Source: the human T2T-CHM13v2.0 reference genome, Homo sapiens. From it: a stretch of 64,000 bases of DNA. The position numbers and the translations under genes are program-made. The stretch lies in assembly GCF_009914755.1 (NCBI RefSeq), contig NC_060928.1; one strand, given 5' to 3'. The notes under the pieces were generated by a model. That model was not told the DNA's origin. It searched no databases and saw only the letters and a list, made by a program, of their open reading frames with translations. Each line of letters opens with the position of its first letter. Position 1 is the first letter of the stretch. Below, piece after piece: positions 15,624-28,138 of this stretch.

Positions 15624-15903
15624 GCCTGGCCTGGTGGCTCACGCCTGTATTCCCCAGCACTTTGGGAGGCCGAGGTGGGTGGATCACAAGGTCAAGAGAT
15701 TGAGACCATCCTGGCCAACATGGTGAAACCCCATCTCTACTAAAAATTAGCTGGGCATGATGGTGTGTGCCTGTAGTCCAGCTACTCGGGAGGCTGAGGC
15801 AGGAGAATCACTTGAACCCAGGAGACGGAGGTTGCAGTGAGCCGAGATCGTGGCCCCTGTACTCCAGCCTGGCGACAGAGCGAGACTCCGTCTCGAAAAA
15901 AAA
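15624..15903 (+). mobile_element. Alu (AluSc-like)
   Basis: ggtcaagagattgagaccatcctggccaac...cctggcgacagagcgagactcc. Confidence 0.93.
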
Positions 15904-16137
15904 TTCTTGCTTTTAGGGTGAGAATTAGTCAGAAGACTGCTTGGTGAATTACCTCCATATAAAGATAATGCCCAATAAAAGCTTAAGAGCCCTATTTAAA
16001 TATTTTTCTTGGCATTGAGCATCAGGTGTATGCTCACTCTGTCTGCTCTCGTCACTGCCTCTCTTCTTTGGGAGAGCTGTGTTAGAAAAGTTTCTCCTGG
16101 ATGTTCTCTCAGATTTAGAGCCTTCTCTTTTCTGGAC

Positions 16138-16275
16138 TAGCATTGTCCCATAGGATGAGAATGTCCTAATCTAGTGCAACTGAGGAACTGAATTTTAAAC
16201 TTTTACTTAATTTTAATGAATTAAAAAATTTGAAGACACATGTGGCTAGTGTCCACTGTGTTGGACAGTGTAGTT
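16138..16275. mobile_element. MER3-like hAT-Charlie relic
   Basis: gcaactgaggaactgaattttaa...cacatgtggctagtg...ttggacagtg. Confidence 0.65.
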
Positions 16276-16340
16276 CTGGACCTTGGCTTAGTTTAGTCCC
16301 TTTCAGTTGTCCAGAGGGTCTTAGTAGCGCAGAAGGCCTC

Positions 16341-16708
16341 ATATTAGTCAGCTCAGGATGCTACAAAAAAGTACCACAGCCCCCGGTAGTTTAAAGCTAC
16401 AGAAATTTGTTTTCTCACAGTTCTGGAGACTGGAAGTCCAAGGTACTGGCAGGTGTGGTTTCTTCTGAGGCCTCTCGTGGTTTGCAGATGGACTTCTTCT
16501 CACGTGTTCTTACTTGGCCTTTCCTTTGCACAGGCATCGCTGGTGTGCCTCAGTGTGACTAAATTGGATTATGGCCCACCCTAATAGCCTCATTTTAACT
16601 CAGTCACCCCTTTCAAGGCCCTGTCTCCAAATATAGTCACATTCTGAGATTGGAGGTTAGGGCTTCAAAGTACGCATTTGGGGATGGGGGTACAATTCAG
16701 CCCATAAA
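16341..16708 (-). mobile_element. MLT1 solo LTR (ERVL-MaLR)
   Basis: tctcacagttctggagactggaagtccaagg...gtcacattctgag...acaattcagcccataa. Confidence 0.85.
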
Positions 16709-16731
16709 AGCCCTAGAAGACCAAATATTTC

Positions 16732-17034
16732 TTTTTTTTTTTTTTTTTTTTGAGATGGAGTCTTTGCTCTGTCGCCCAGGCTGGAGTACAGTGGCATGAT
16801 CTCGGCTCACTGCAAGCTCTGCCTCCTGGGTTCACACCATTCTGCTGCCTCAGCCTCCGAGTAGCTAGGACTACAGGTGTCTGCCACTGCACCCGGCTAC
16901 TTTTTTGTATTTTTTAGTAGAGACAGGGTTTCATCATGTTAGCCAGGATGGTCTTGATCTCCTGACCTCATGATCTGCCCACCTTCTGCCTCCCAAAGTG
17001 CTGGGATTACAGGCGTGAGCCACCGCGCCTGGCC
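16732..17034 (-). mobile_element. AluY-like
   Basis: gcaagctctgcctcc and ttagccaggatggtcttgatctcc diagnostics; TSD aaatatttc. Confidence 0.93.
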
Positions 17035-17063
17035 AAATATTTCATCTAAAATATATATGTTCA

Positions 17064-17200
17064 GGATGGGCATGGTGGCTCATGACTGTAATCCTGACAC
17101 TTAGGGAGGCTGAGCTGGGAGGATTGCTTGAGCCCAGGAATTGGAGACCAGCCTGGGCAACAAAGCGAGAACCCATCTCTATTTTAAAAAAAAAAAAAAA
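17064..17200 (+). mobile_element. FLAM / Alu left monomer
   Basis: gggcatggtggctca...gagcccaggaattggagaccagcctgggcaac plus A-tail. Confidence 0.88.
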
Positions 17201-18378
17201 TTCCACCTAGAACTCTGGTTAGGAAGGAGGAAGAGAGTGTCCACAGTCCCCACCAAAAGTGTGTCTGTCAACTCACAAGTCTGTACTGGCCTCCGTCAAG
17301 AAGCTGGGGATGGAGAATTAAGGTAAATATTTATAGGTTATCAAAGGGTTAGCCTAGGCTAAACATGGAAATCTGGTGGTGGAGGAGAGGAATGATAGTT
17401 GCTAGTAGAAGGTTGGCTGTCCTTTTGTCATACAGCTGGTTCAATATAAAGTATATATTGATGCTTTACAGCCATGCTGTCTGTCCACGCTCAATGATTT
17501 GATAAGGTGGATGATGGTAGTGGTAAACGCAGAGTTCTCATTAAGAACCCCTGAAATGCCAGGCTTATAAAAAGATGCACATACTCATTGCCATGGAACA
17601 CACCCCTTTCCATCCCCTCTGAAGGCAGCTGGTTCACAGCCTCTGCCACCAACTCACTCATTTGCACTGGAGCCTTCCTTTTGTATATAACTGGGTGGCC
17701 TGCGTCATGGGGTGTGCCTGCTGTCCCTGCTTTCAGGTCCACAAAATGAGCCCTACCTGGGTTAACTGCCCATACTCTGCCTTCCTTCAGCCGGGCCTGT
17801 GCATTTGGAAAGTTCTGCTTACAAGAAAGATAGGGTCTATGCAGTGGCCACACCTCAGCCTCTCCAGCCTGCAGGCCTGACAGAATTTTGGCAGCACTTC
17901 CCAGCCCAGTGCACACCATGTCCAAGTGAAGGAGAGGCAGCTGCAGACGTCAGCATGGGGCTGCAGCACGAGCCACAGCCATGGCTGGGACTTGCTGGCC
18001 TCTGGTCTGGAGCCCTTTGCCTTGTTTTCTGGCCTGGTCCAGAGGAATACCAGTGTGGTATTTACAGTTGGGGACGGACAGGCATTTTCTGTGCCAGGTG
18101 CAAGCCCTTATACAGCTGCAGTCATAGTTGAAGCCTTTCTCCAGGTGCCCTGGAGGCCCAGCCCTGCAGTTGGATGGAATAATGTTGGGGTGTTTGCAGG
18201 CAGCGTCTGCAGTTGCTGGGCTTCTGGGACTGGGTGGCTCAGCCAGTCTCTGAAGTTACACATTGCGCCAGAGCATGGCCAAGGGAAACAAGTCCTTAAT
18301 TTTCTGCTTTCCAGCCCAGGATCCTGTCCTTAGGGATTTGGCACATGTGGGAATGGGGTCCACTAACTACTTTCAGTA

Positions 18379-18797
18379 CAGTTGATCCTTGAACAACTCC
18401 CCCTACCCTGCAAATCAAAATTCTTTGTATAACTTTTGACTCCCAAAAATTTAACTAATAATAGCCTACTGTTAACCGGAAGCCTTACTAATAACATAAA
18501 TCAACATATTTTATATGTCATATGTATTATATACTGTATTTTTACAATAAAGTAAGCTAGAGAAAATATTAACATCATAAAGAAGAGGAAATATATATGT
18601 ATATATATAAAATATACTATTCATTGAGTGAAAGTAGATAATCATAAAGGTCTTCAACTTCGTCTTCATGTTGAGTAGGTAGAAGAGGAGAAGGAGGAAG
18701 AGAAGGCGTGGGTCTTGCTGTCTTAGGGGTGGCAGAGAGAAAATTCTCACGTAAGTGAACTGGGCAGTTAAAACCCGTGTTGTTCAAGAGGCAACTA
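18379..18797 (-). mobile_element. Tigger2a-like DNA transposon (TcMar-Tigger)
   Basis: Terminal inverted repeats cagttgatccttgaacaac and gttgttcaagaggcaact; left TA target; typical internal sequence. Confidence 0.85.
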
Positions 18798-18937
18798 TGT
18801 TTCTAAAACCTAAAGGACATACCATGTTATCTTCAGTAAACCTGTAGAGGCTAATTTAAACATCAAGTATCCTTGTTTTTATCAGGAATTATATATTATT
18901 GTTTATCTCAGGCAAATAGTAGCTCTGATCAGCACTG

Positions 18938-19090
18938 TTTTTTTTTTTTTTTTTTGAGATGGAGCCTCGCTTTGTTGCCCAGGCTGGAGTACAGTGGCAT
19001 GATCTCAGCTCATTGCCCGCTCAGCTCACAGCTCACTGCAACCTCCGCCTCCCAGGTTAAAGTGATTTTCCTGCATCAGCCCCCTGAGTA
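18938..19090 (-). mobile_element. 5'-truncated Alu (right arm)
   Basis: poly-T plus gagatggagcctcgc...; TSD tgatcagca. Confidence 0.88.
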
Positions 19091-21624
19091 TGATCAGCAT
19101 CTTTATATATATGTAGCAAATGGTGTTTTTGTTGGTTTTGGTTGTTCTTAAACTTTGGTGTCTCTCAAAGGTCCAAAGGGAGATTGGTCTCATTCCTTAC
19201 TTCACAAAGAATGATAGAAGTGTGCTCATACTGTTAAGATTTTCCTAAAGTTATAGAGCAGGACTTCTTATTCTTGTCTGACTTCCTTAAATTTCAGAGA
19301 TTTGTTGACTTTCTTTGGGAAGAAGGTCTGGAGCCAGGCTCCATGTGGGCCCTCTCTGGTCTCCCTGTTTCTGCACCTGAGCTAGGGTGGAAGCAGTCTG
19401 TCTTCCCACCTATCAGAGCCAGGCTCTGCCCCATCACCTGTGATAAGGAATGGGCAGAAAGGAAGCCAGCTGAAATTGAAAATTAGTAATTTTCCCACTG
19501 ACTTGTACTTGGACCTCAGCAGAAATGGTGGGTGAGTGTCAAATGTTTGTGTGTCAGTTGGTTGAAGGCCTAAGTGTATTTAAGTATGTTGAAACATTTC
19601 TGGGCCAGTTCTTTGAATGTATGTATGATGCCTTTGTTTGTTGGAAGTGGAAGTGAGTTTGGCTGTAGAGCTGGGCTACGCTGGGGTAAAAAACTATGGT
19701 AGGTATAGGGTCAGCCTCTGGTCTAAATGACAGTTATATCAGATGCTTGTCTTCTGTCATGCCGCTAAAACAAATAAACAGTAACTAGATTAAATTTCCC
19801 TAATTTGAGATGGGAATTAACACAGCATTGCTTTAGTCTAGTACAAGGCTAGCTTGGCTTTTAAGTAACTCATAGATGCGTTTGTCAGGTCTGTGTGCCC
19901 TTGCTGTGACACCAGACTGCTGGACTCGATACTTGCCAGTTTTAAGCATCTTACTTTGTTAAGCTGGTTTAACACCCCTAAAGACAGATACCAGCATATT
20001 ATTTAGTGTCCAGAGCAGTGACTGAGACAGGATGACCGCTGTTTGATCAGTGGCAAGGTTCTTTCATAGTTTGCATTTTGTGGTGCAGCAAACACGAAGA
20101 CTGCCATTCATTCTAATTTCTGAACCTTTCATGCATGGCACAACATGAGAAGCTTATCACACACCAGCTACCAAATGTGGAAGGTGTGTGCAGTATGTGT
20201 TAGATTTACTCTTCAGGTTTTCCTTATTTTAGATCTAGGGCAAGACAGCATGGCTATTTTTAATATTTCAAAGGGGAGTGAGTGTTGGAGATGTCTGTAT
20301 AATAGGACCTGAAGGAACGTTGTGCCCGGGCAGGGTCCATGCTCATGGTGCTACAAACTCTGTGCCTTTTATAACTTTATATTAACCCAAAGGATTCTGT
20401 TTTAATGGAAGTTGGGGATATTAAAAACAAGACAATGTTTTTCCCCACTCAGTCTTTCCCATGTTTAACATGAGGTAATGTAATATAGAATTGTTTTTAA
20501 CAGTGTATGTCAAGAATTTTAAGTCCTTTAAATTTGTCAGTAAAGTGAACTTAACTTTAGGTAATAATTTTACCTTGTGAATGGCAGTAAAATACTTTTA
20601 GACATTATTAGCAGATTTTTAGAGTTCCTAACTCCTTTCCTGAAAGCGAAAAGAAAGTAAAACAAAATTTTACTCGTCATGTGCTTAAATTAGTTTGTCA
20701 TTAAATATCAGCACTCTGGAAACAAACAAAATGCAAACCAACCCAGTGTAATCTTACCACGCGGTTTTTAACAATAGCAAACACACTGTTTTTAATAAGT
20801 GCGTGATGTTTTGCTGTAGTATAAATCACTGACTCCTGGTCTTTTTAGTATTTAAAATATTCTAATTTCTGGTTTGACCCCACTGTCCCACCCCCAATAT
20901 TTTCCAGAAAGTGTTTATAAATTTTGTTTTAATTAAAAAGGAGTGTTTTGATTTTAATAATATTCTGGTAGCTTCCTGACCTCCTGGGAATGTCTGGGGA
21001 GAGCCTGGCTGTAGGGAGAGGTGTTGGTGTAGCAATGTCAAGACACTCCCTTTGAGTCTCTAGCCTGTGGCCTTCCATGAATGTTTCTGTAGATGTAGGT
21101 GCATTCCAAGCAGGAAACAGTGGCTCCACAAATCTATCTTTAAATGTATTATTGCTTTATTTTCCTTGAGCTCAAACGCATGTCTTCTATTAGGTGAAAC
21201 AGGAGTAAATTCTTAGTGCCTGCCACCTTCAGTTCATGGGTTACAGCAATGGTTACAGCATGATTGACTGTCCTCAACAATGACATTTAAAAAAAAATTA
21301 TCTACTTTTCAAAGAAATATTGAGAATCTGCTGTGTGCACAGCACTGACTAACTTAGCTATGCTCTATGTTGTAAATTCTGCGTCTTATACCAGTGGCTC
21401 TTGATAGATTAACTTTTTGGTACAACAAGAAAATGAGAAGGAATAGATCACCAGCAAATACCTGCTCCTGGAGATGGAAGGCAGAGCAGTTCCCTCGGGT
21501 TCACAACCCCCTCCCAGATTCTCACTTGGTTCATCAGCAAAGTCTAGGTTTTATACAGACCACTTGTGTAAAGTAAAATAGAATTTTTTTCCCCTTACTG
21601 TTAGTGGATGGTATCTCAGTGATA

Positions 21625-22080
21625 AATGTTTAATAGCTTTATTGAGAAATAATTGACATACAGTGAGCCTCTGAGCCTCATATATTTAAATTGTGTACTT
21701 TGATACGTTTTGACATGTTTATACCCATGAAATCATTGAAATCAAGATAATCCTTCCCTCCCACTTTTCTCTAGTCTTCCACTGATCTACTTTCTGTCAC
21801 TATAGATTAGTTTGCATTTCTAGAGTTGTATGTAAATGGAATAATACAATATGGACTCTTTTTTTTTTGGTCTGGCTTCTTTCACTCAGGAGAATTACTT
21901 CAGCATTTATTCATGTTTGCATGTATCAGTAGCTCATTCCTTTTTATTGCTGGATGGTGTTCCACTGTGATGGTGTTCCACTGTATGGATATACCAGAGT
22001 TTTTTCATTCACAGTCTGTTGGTGGATGTTTAGGTTGTTTCTGATTTTTGGCTTTTCTAAATAAGCTGCTAAGAGCATTC
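21625..22080 (-). mobile_element. Old L1 (L1M) 3' fragment
   Basis: ccactgatctactttctgtcactatagattagtttgcatttctagag...aaatggaataatacaatatg. Confidence 0.8.
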
Positions 22081-23599
22081 CTTATGCCAGTGATAATTTA
22101 AATTTAGTTTCTTTACCAGTCTTTCCCTGTCTGCAAAGTGAGTTTAATAGGATTAATTTTGCTTTTCCTTCTTCTGTATTGTATCAACACTAGGTAAATT
22201 AAGAGGAAAAGGAACAGACTATTTTTGGGTGGACTAGAGTTTCTCTTGGTTATTACTATTGGATACCAAGTATGTAGCATCTTTGTATATCTGTTTTTAA
22301 AAGCAAATGTGGCATAGACAGCAATTTTCAGGATTTATGAAAGCAGTCCTAGGAAAAGTTTTCAAATGAGTGTCATTATTTGGGTTGTGTTCTATGCCAG
22401 CAAAGCTGCAAGCTTCCTGGGAACCTTGGAAACTACTTGGGAGGGATCCTGACAGATCCTCAGGAAGAGACAAGAGGGTCAGAAAACCTGAGAATGAATG
22501 AATTTGTTGTTTCTGCTTTAACCCTGAAAGTATTTGACTCTGAAGACCCTCTTCTCCCTACTTCATGTTAATTTTTAAAGTATAGCAGTGGAGTGATTCT
22601 CTAAATTTCTGGCTTTGTTCCTTATCATTTATAACCTTTTCCATAGTAATTCAAAGCAGAGGAGGACCATCCCTTTTTGTTCTGCTTCTCTTCCCTTCCC
22701 CAGACCTTCTGATAATTCCATCCAGACACTGCGTGTGCTTTTCCTCGTCTCTTCTTTCAGGCTGTGGACCGGCTGGAGGATGGCCTCCAGGACAAGAGGG
22801 AGAAAGAGAGGCCTCTTTATAGACCCTAGGAGCCACCCAGCCACCTTCATCTCCAGGTTCCTAACTTGGCGTCTGTCTTCCTTTTTTCCAGTAATGACCA
22901 GATTTAGAACTTCTGCAGGTTGGGCTCACCCCAGTGTGCCCAGAATATTTCTTTCAGTGTGGGAGTGAAATATTCTTGTTCATTTAGAGTCTAAAGAGGC
23001 ACACTTAGTATTTTTTTAAAGAAGAATTTTCTAAAACATTTACTGAAATGCCATGGGGCCACCAGCAGGAGCTCCAGTTCTGCTGATTGTGCTGGTGGAA
23101 CAGCAGTCAGTTGACCTAGTAATGAGCCTCAGAACTGGTGCTCAAGGGTAGTGCCGATGTTGTCCCTGTCAGGGAAGCATGGCAATCCCATTTGGTCTTG
23201 GTCATCGCAAATCTGATGATAGGCTTATGTGCAGAATCTATTTCTTAAGGTCCCCAAGGTCTTAAGGGTGCTTTGATTCTCTGTTCCTGTCTCTGGAATC
23301 TGTAGAGATAAGAGCTTCCTGTCTGAGTGACAAATGATTTCACTGGCAGAATGGCAGTTAACCTTAAGCTTTTTTGGCTTTTATTTTTCTGGATTTTGTT
23401 AATTTCTGGAAAATGGTACAGTAGGTGTTCAGGATTGGGGTGATGATTATTAAAAATAGGAGGTGGAGGTGAATTATCAGAAAGTTGGACAAATACTACA
23501 TGTGGGTGTTAGGGTTGTTTCAGATCTCTGGCAGCAGTACGGCACCCACAAATGGAAGGTTTTGCACTTAAGTTGTCTTTGTAACAAATTAACAGGAGG

Positions 23600-24200
23600 C
23601 AGAGGCAGAGATGGAGAAGAGGAGCTGGAATTATTGGGAAGTTGAATTGACCTACCATTGATTGTGTCCTGAATGAGAAGAGTCTAGGACAACTCTTAGA
23701 TTTCTGACGTCAAGTAGAAATGGTGGTAATAGTCATCAAAGTAGGAATGTAAGAGGCAGAACAGGTTTGGGTAAAATGTTGAGCTCAGTTTTTATAATGC
23801 TGAGTTGACAGATCTAAGGAATACCTTAGGATTGATGTCTTATGTGAAGGTGAAACTGGATCTGGAGCTTGGGAGGGAGGTTAGTCTGGGAATGTAGGTC
23901 TGGCAGGTTCCTCTGGGTGTGCTGGGTAAGACTGTGGACATGGGTGAGCACCCCCGGGGAGAATATTTGGAGCAAGAAAAGAGCAAAGAGTTCAGGAGAA
24001 ACCCATGTTGATGGGGTACATGGAGAGGAGGAACCCACAGAGTGGAAAGAGAATTGCCACTGAGGCTGAGGGAGTATTTCAGGCAGGATGGAGTTGTTGG
24101 TGCTGAGAAGTGTCAGGGCAGAGAAGAGATCAGACTTGGCAGCAGTTGGGAGACCCTGTTAGGCAGCAGTTAGGTACCATGTTCTGGGGGAGGCCAGATG
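23600..24200 (-). mobile_element. Degenerate L2 fragment
   Basis: gagctcagttttataatgctgagttg...ctggatctggagcttgggagggaggttagtctgg pattern. Confidence 0.5.
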
Positions 24201-24483
24201 ATAGGAGTAGACCCCCCTTTGGAAGAAAGGCAGAGAACAGAGCCAACTGGAATTTTCATGGGAAAGTGGAGCAAATTTTAAAGGTTATTTGGCAATTGGC
24301 CCCTTAGTCTTCACTAAGTTTGTTTACCTCCCGTCCTCTCTTCTTATGGCACTATGCTAGCTATTTACTACACCATAGGCCTGAGGTTCCCTGTCTAGGG
24401 ATTGCTAAGTTTTTATGCCTTGTAGAGTGAAACCTTTTTTTAAAACAGTGTTTTAGAAAGCTTCCTGAAAACTCAGTAAGATG

Positions 24484-24800
24484 TTTTTCTTTTCTTTTCT
24501 TTCTTTCTTTTTTTTTTTTTGACAGAGTCTTGCTCTGTCCCGCAGGCTGGAGTGCAGTGACGCAGTCTCGGCTCACTTCAGCCTCTGCCTCCTAGGTTCA
24601 AGCAATTCTCCTGCCTCGGCTTTCCGAGTAGGTGGGATTACAGGCGCCTGCCACCACGCGAAGCTAATTTTTGTAGTTTTAGTAGAGGTGGGGTTTCACC
24701 AAGTTGGCCAGGCAGGTCTTGAATTCCTGACCTCAGGTGGTCCACCTGCCTTGGCTTCCCAAAGTGCTGGGATTACAGGCGTGAGCCGCCACCCCTGGCC
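24484..24800 (-). mobile_element. Alu (AluS-like)
   Basis: Full antisense dimer with (TTTC)n/poly-T tail. Confidence 0.95.
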
Positions 24801-25153
24801 TGATATTTTTTCAATTTGTATTTAGCAGCATGAGACTTTGAACCTCTTCAGTGCAGGCTTATGGGTGAAGACTACACCTGCATGGTGTTCTTAAAGTCCT
24901 CTCTTCTGTTGGGTGTGGTCCTTGATACAGCATCCCTGCACAGAATGAGCACATTAGGCCTGCTTATGAGAGGTGAGAGTTAAATAACTGATGGACGTGG
25001 AAGAGCTCTGTGAGAGCCAGGAGGGCATCACAGGTGGTCTCATGGTGCAGTGCTGAGGTGAGCCTGGGATGAGTTTGGGTAAGAAAACCCCTGAGAACAC
25101 TCAGTGACCCCTGCAATTTCTAATGGTTCTTATTTGGATATTTGTTTCTTTAG

Positions 25154-25239
25154 GCCTGTCAACTACTTGGTCCCAGAATTCCCGATCCCAGCATAGGAGA
25201 AGCTCCTGCTCCAGACATGAAGATCGAAAGCCTTCAGAG
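25154..25239 (+). CDS. JADE1: JADE1 coding exon 2, (S)[28 protein letters not shown]
   Basis: Acceptor tttgtttctttag|GC; donor GAG|gtactt; 86 nt restores phase 0. Confidence 0.93.
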
Positions 25240-25309
25240 GTACTTCTTGAATGCTTGCCTGACCGTGCATGAATATATGCTATCCCATATGCCTAGTTGA
25301 GTGGTATCT

Positions 25310-25510
25310 ATTTGTGCAGTCCTGGGCAAATTATTCAAATCCTTGTGCTCCAGTTTCCAAATCTGTAAGACGGGGAGAACACAAGTGTCTACCTCATAGG
25401 ATTGTTGTGAGGATTAAGTGGGTTAATTCACATAGACTAATACATGCAAAGCATGTGAATAGTTGCTGGCACATAAAAAGTGCTCAGTAAATGTTAGTTA
25501 TTATTATTAA
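25310..25510 (+). mobile_element. MIR
   Basis: ctgggcaaattattc...cagtttccaaatctgtaa...acctcataggattgttgtgaggattaa...gtgctcagtaaatgttag. Confidence 0.85.
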
Positions 25511-27833
25511 TTACATTCTTTTTTTCCTTTCTTGTTGCATCTTCGCTGGCTCCCAACAACTTTTCTTCCTCTGGCCAGGATATCAGCAGGTTCAGCTGCT
25601 GCCAAGTCACTGCCAGCCTCAAGTTAGTTTTAGCCATGGGTTTGTGGCTTATTTGGCAACAAGCAAAACTCTGGGACTTTTGTTTAGGGGATTATGCTGA
25701 AGGCTTTCCCCATTCTTTCTCAATTTGTTTCTCATCTTATGTTTCCTCTGCTCCCTAACTTTTGTTATCTATCTATCTAAAGTTGCTTTTAGGTGCATTT
25801 CTTTCTGCTGGTCTTTGTTTAGGGGTCCTTATGAGACCTGAGGTCTGTTTATTCTAAAGACTTTTGCTAGGCTTTAAATCATCGAAGAAAAACATTTTAT
25901 TTTATCACAGTTTTCAAGTGAGAAGGTTATAGGAAGAGTTTCTTTGGTTGAATGCTTTGCTTTGTGCTGCTTCTTATGGGATGAGTTCACAAACAGCCTC
26001 ATCCTGTAATGGCAATGCATAGGCAGATATTCCTTGGAGGAACTTCCCAGGCTCTAATAGGGAACGTCAGAAGGCTGCCCTGCTGTGGAGTGGAGGAGTT
26101 ATTTGGTTGTGGAATAGCTTCCTCCATGAGGAAGTAGTTTACATCCTTTAGAATTGTGGAAAACCATCCCAGGAGGCACTTTAGCATGAGATCAAATGTA
26201 CTTGGGAAGGTAGCCACTTCTTCCCCTTACTTTATTTCAGGCCTTTTTTCCTTTGAACCTTTAGTGCTCTCTTCCTTTTCTTTGCCAAGGAGTGTCTCTG
26301 CTGCTCTTTATTTCTTAATTCCTTGTGCTGTGTCTGTAACCCCCAAAATACCTTTCTGATGTTCACACTAAACTCCTGTTACTTCAGCACAGGAATACAA
26401 GGGGGACTTAGCAGCTGTGACCTGGTGTGACGAGGGCTGGTCCCCAGTGGTGTAGTTCGAAACCTACTTCCAGCAGTGACACCAAGCATGGAGAAGGGGG
26501 CCCAGCAGCACGGGTTGCTGTGCTGGCTTTGTCCCAGCCCTACATTTTGGTCCAGATGTTTTTCTCAACCCTGAGTCCAAACTATATGTATGGCACTAAC
26601 ATACTCTACCAGAGACTCCAGAGTTGACGTCCATTTGAGGGCCTTTGTTTCAGTTCTTGACTGAGTCTTTGAGCAAAGGAATAGCAGGCTGCCTTTTTTT
26701 CATTTCATTGCTTCAGTTTGATTTTCTTTCTTTTTTGGCAAACTCCTTTGTTTTTTATTTATATCAGTTAGTTGGAATATGTTTTTACCTGATTGGCTCT
26801 TGAAGGTATAGGCCCATCTCTTAGGTTTTAAAGTACTTTTCTCTTGGGGGCCAGGGAGTTGGTGTCCACTGGGCTGGGCACCTGCTTCTGCGGCTCTATG
26901 CTTGAAGGGAAGGATCCTGGTATTACACGTGATTTTTGTGGGAGGTGCATGGCCTAATTCTTGCTTGTTAATAGGTCTTTAGAAATGAAGAGTGGCATAC
27001 TGGGGAATAGTCCGTATGGAAAATGACAGGCAGGAGAAATGGCCTCTTTATTCAGACACTGCCTCAGACTTTATTATGGGGAAGTTTATTAAAGTGATCA
27101 CTAGCCTGAAAAGCCACCAGGAAAAACAAATATGGACCTATTAGCAGGCGTATGATGTGAACTGTGCTTAGTAGCACAAGAAAGAACTCCCTGTCCTGAG
27201 AAAAGAGAGTTCAGCATTGTGACTTGTGTAAACAGACAGGGCAGCTTACAGATGCAAGCTTGCTCGATGCCAAACACAACTTTGGGCTGGTCCTGATGTC
27301 AAGGTCAGAGCTTTCTTATGCAGCCTTAGACACCAGTGGGCCAAGGACGAGGCTTGAGAGGGAGCCAGCTGTGCAGCCCTGGCTGGGAGGCGGTGTTGTG
27401 CTCCACCCCAGGGGCAGGCCTCACTGACCAAGGATGAATGCCACAGGCGCAGGAGTCTGCAGTGGCATAGGCACTGGGATGGCTGCCTTTCCTGTGGTTT
27501 CCTTCATTTGGCCTGTGATAAGGAATTGGGGAGCTCTCTCGGTAGAGGGGCACTGTTGGATCTGCCTGTTTTTGGCAGAGTGGGGAGAGGGTAGTGACTT
27601 TCTCTATTTCCTTTCCCCACAAATAACTCTTCCCAGGTAGAAGTTTTGCCAGGTGAAGGTGTGCAAACATGTTTTTTGCAGGCCCATCAACCCAGTGGCC
27701 TGTGGTTGCTTCTCTTCCAGATTTTTCTAGGCCAGCCCAGACCTTGACTTCACCAGCTACCATACCATAAACCCTGGTGCCCTGGGAGGTAGGGCCTGGG
27801 TGGGGGCAGTCTCATTATAGAAGGTGAGTCCCT

Positions 27834-28138
27834 GGCCAGGAGCAGTGGCTCATGCTTGTAATCCCAGCACTTTGGGTGGCCGAGGCAGGTAGATCATTTG
27901 AGGTCCTGACCTCAATGGTTTGAGACCAGCCTGGCCAACATGATGAAACCCTGTTTCTACTAAAAACACAAAAATTAGCTGGGCGTGGTGGCGTGCACCT
28001 GTAATCTCAGCTACTCGGGGGTGCTGAGGCAGGAGGATAGCTTGAACCTGGGAGGCAGAGGTTGCAGGGAGCCAAGACTGTGTTACCGCACTCCAGCCTG
28101 GGTGACAGAGCAAGATTCCATCTCAGAAAAAAAAAAAA
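27834..28138 (+). mobile_element. Alu (AluS-like) with a small internal inversion
   Basis: Full dimer; TSD tgagtccct. Confidence 0.95.

Noticed and set aside
17491-18333. Overlapping 110-144 aa ORFs in a GC-richer intronic patch
   Set aside because: No recognisable domain or exon structure; several lack an ATG start; could be an enhancer but no specific motif evidence
21953-21984. Short tandem duplications (gatggtgttccactgt x2; also gaggacttact x2 at about 37452-37474 and gttacat-gcagct x2 at about 28480-28515)
   Set aside because: Two-copy slippage events of a kind common in introns; no spacer structure, not CRISPR-like
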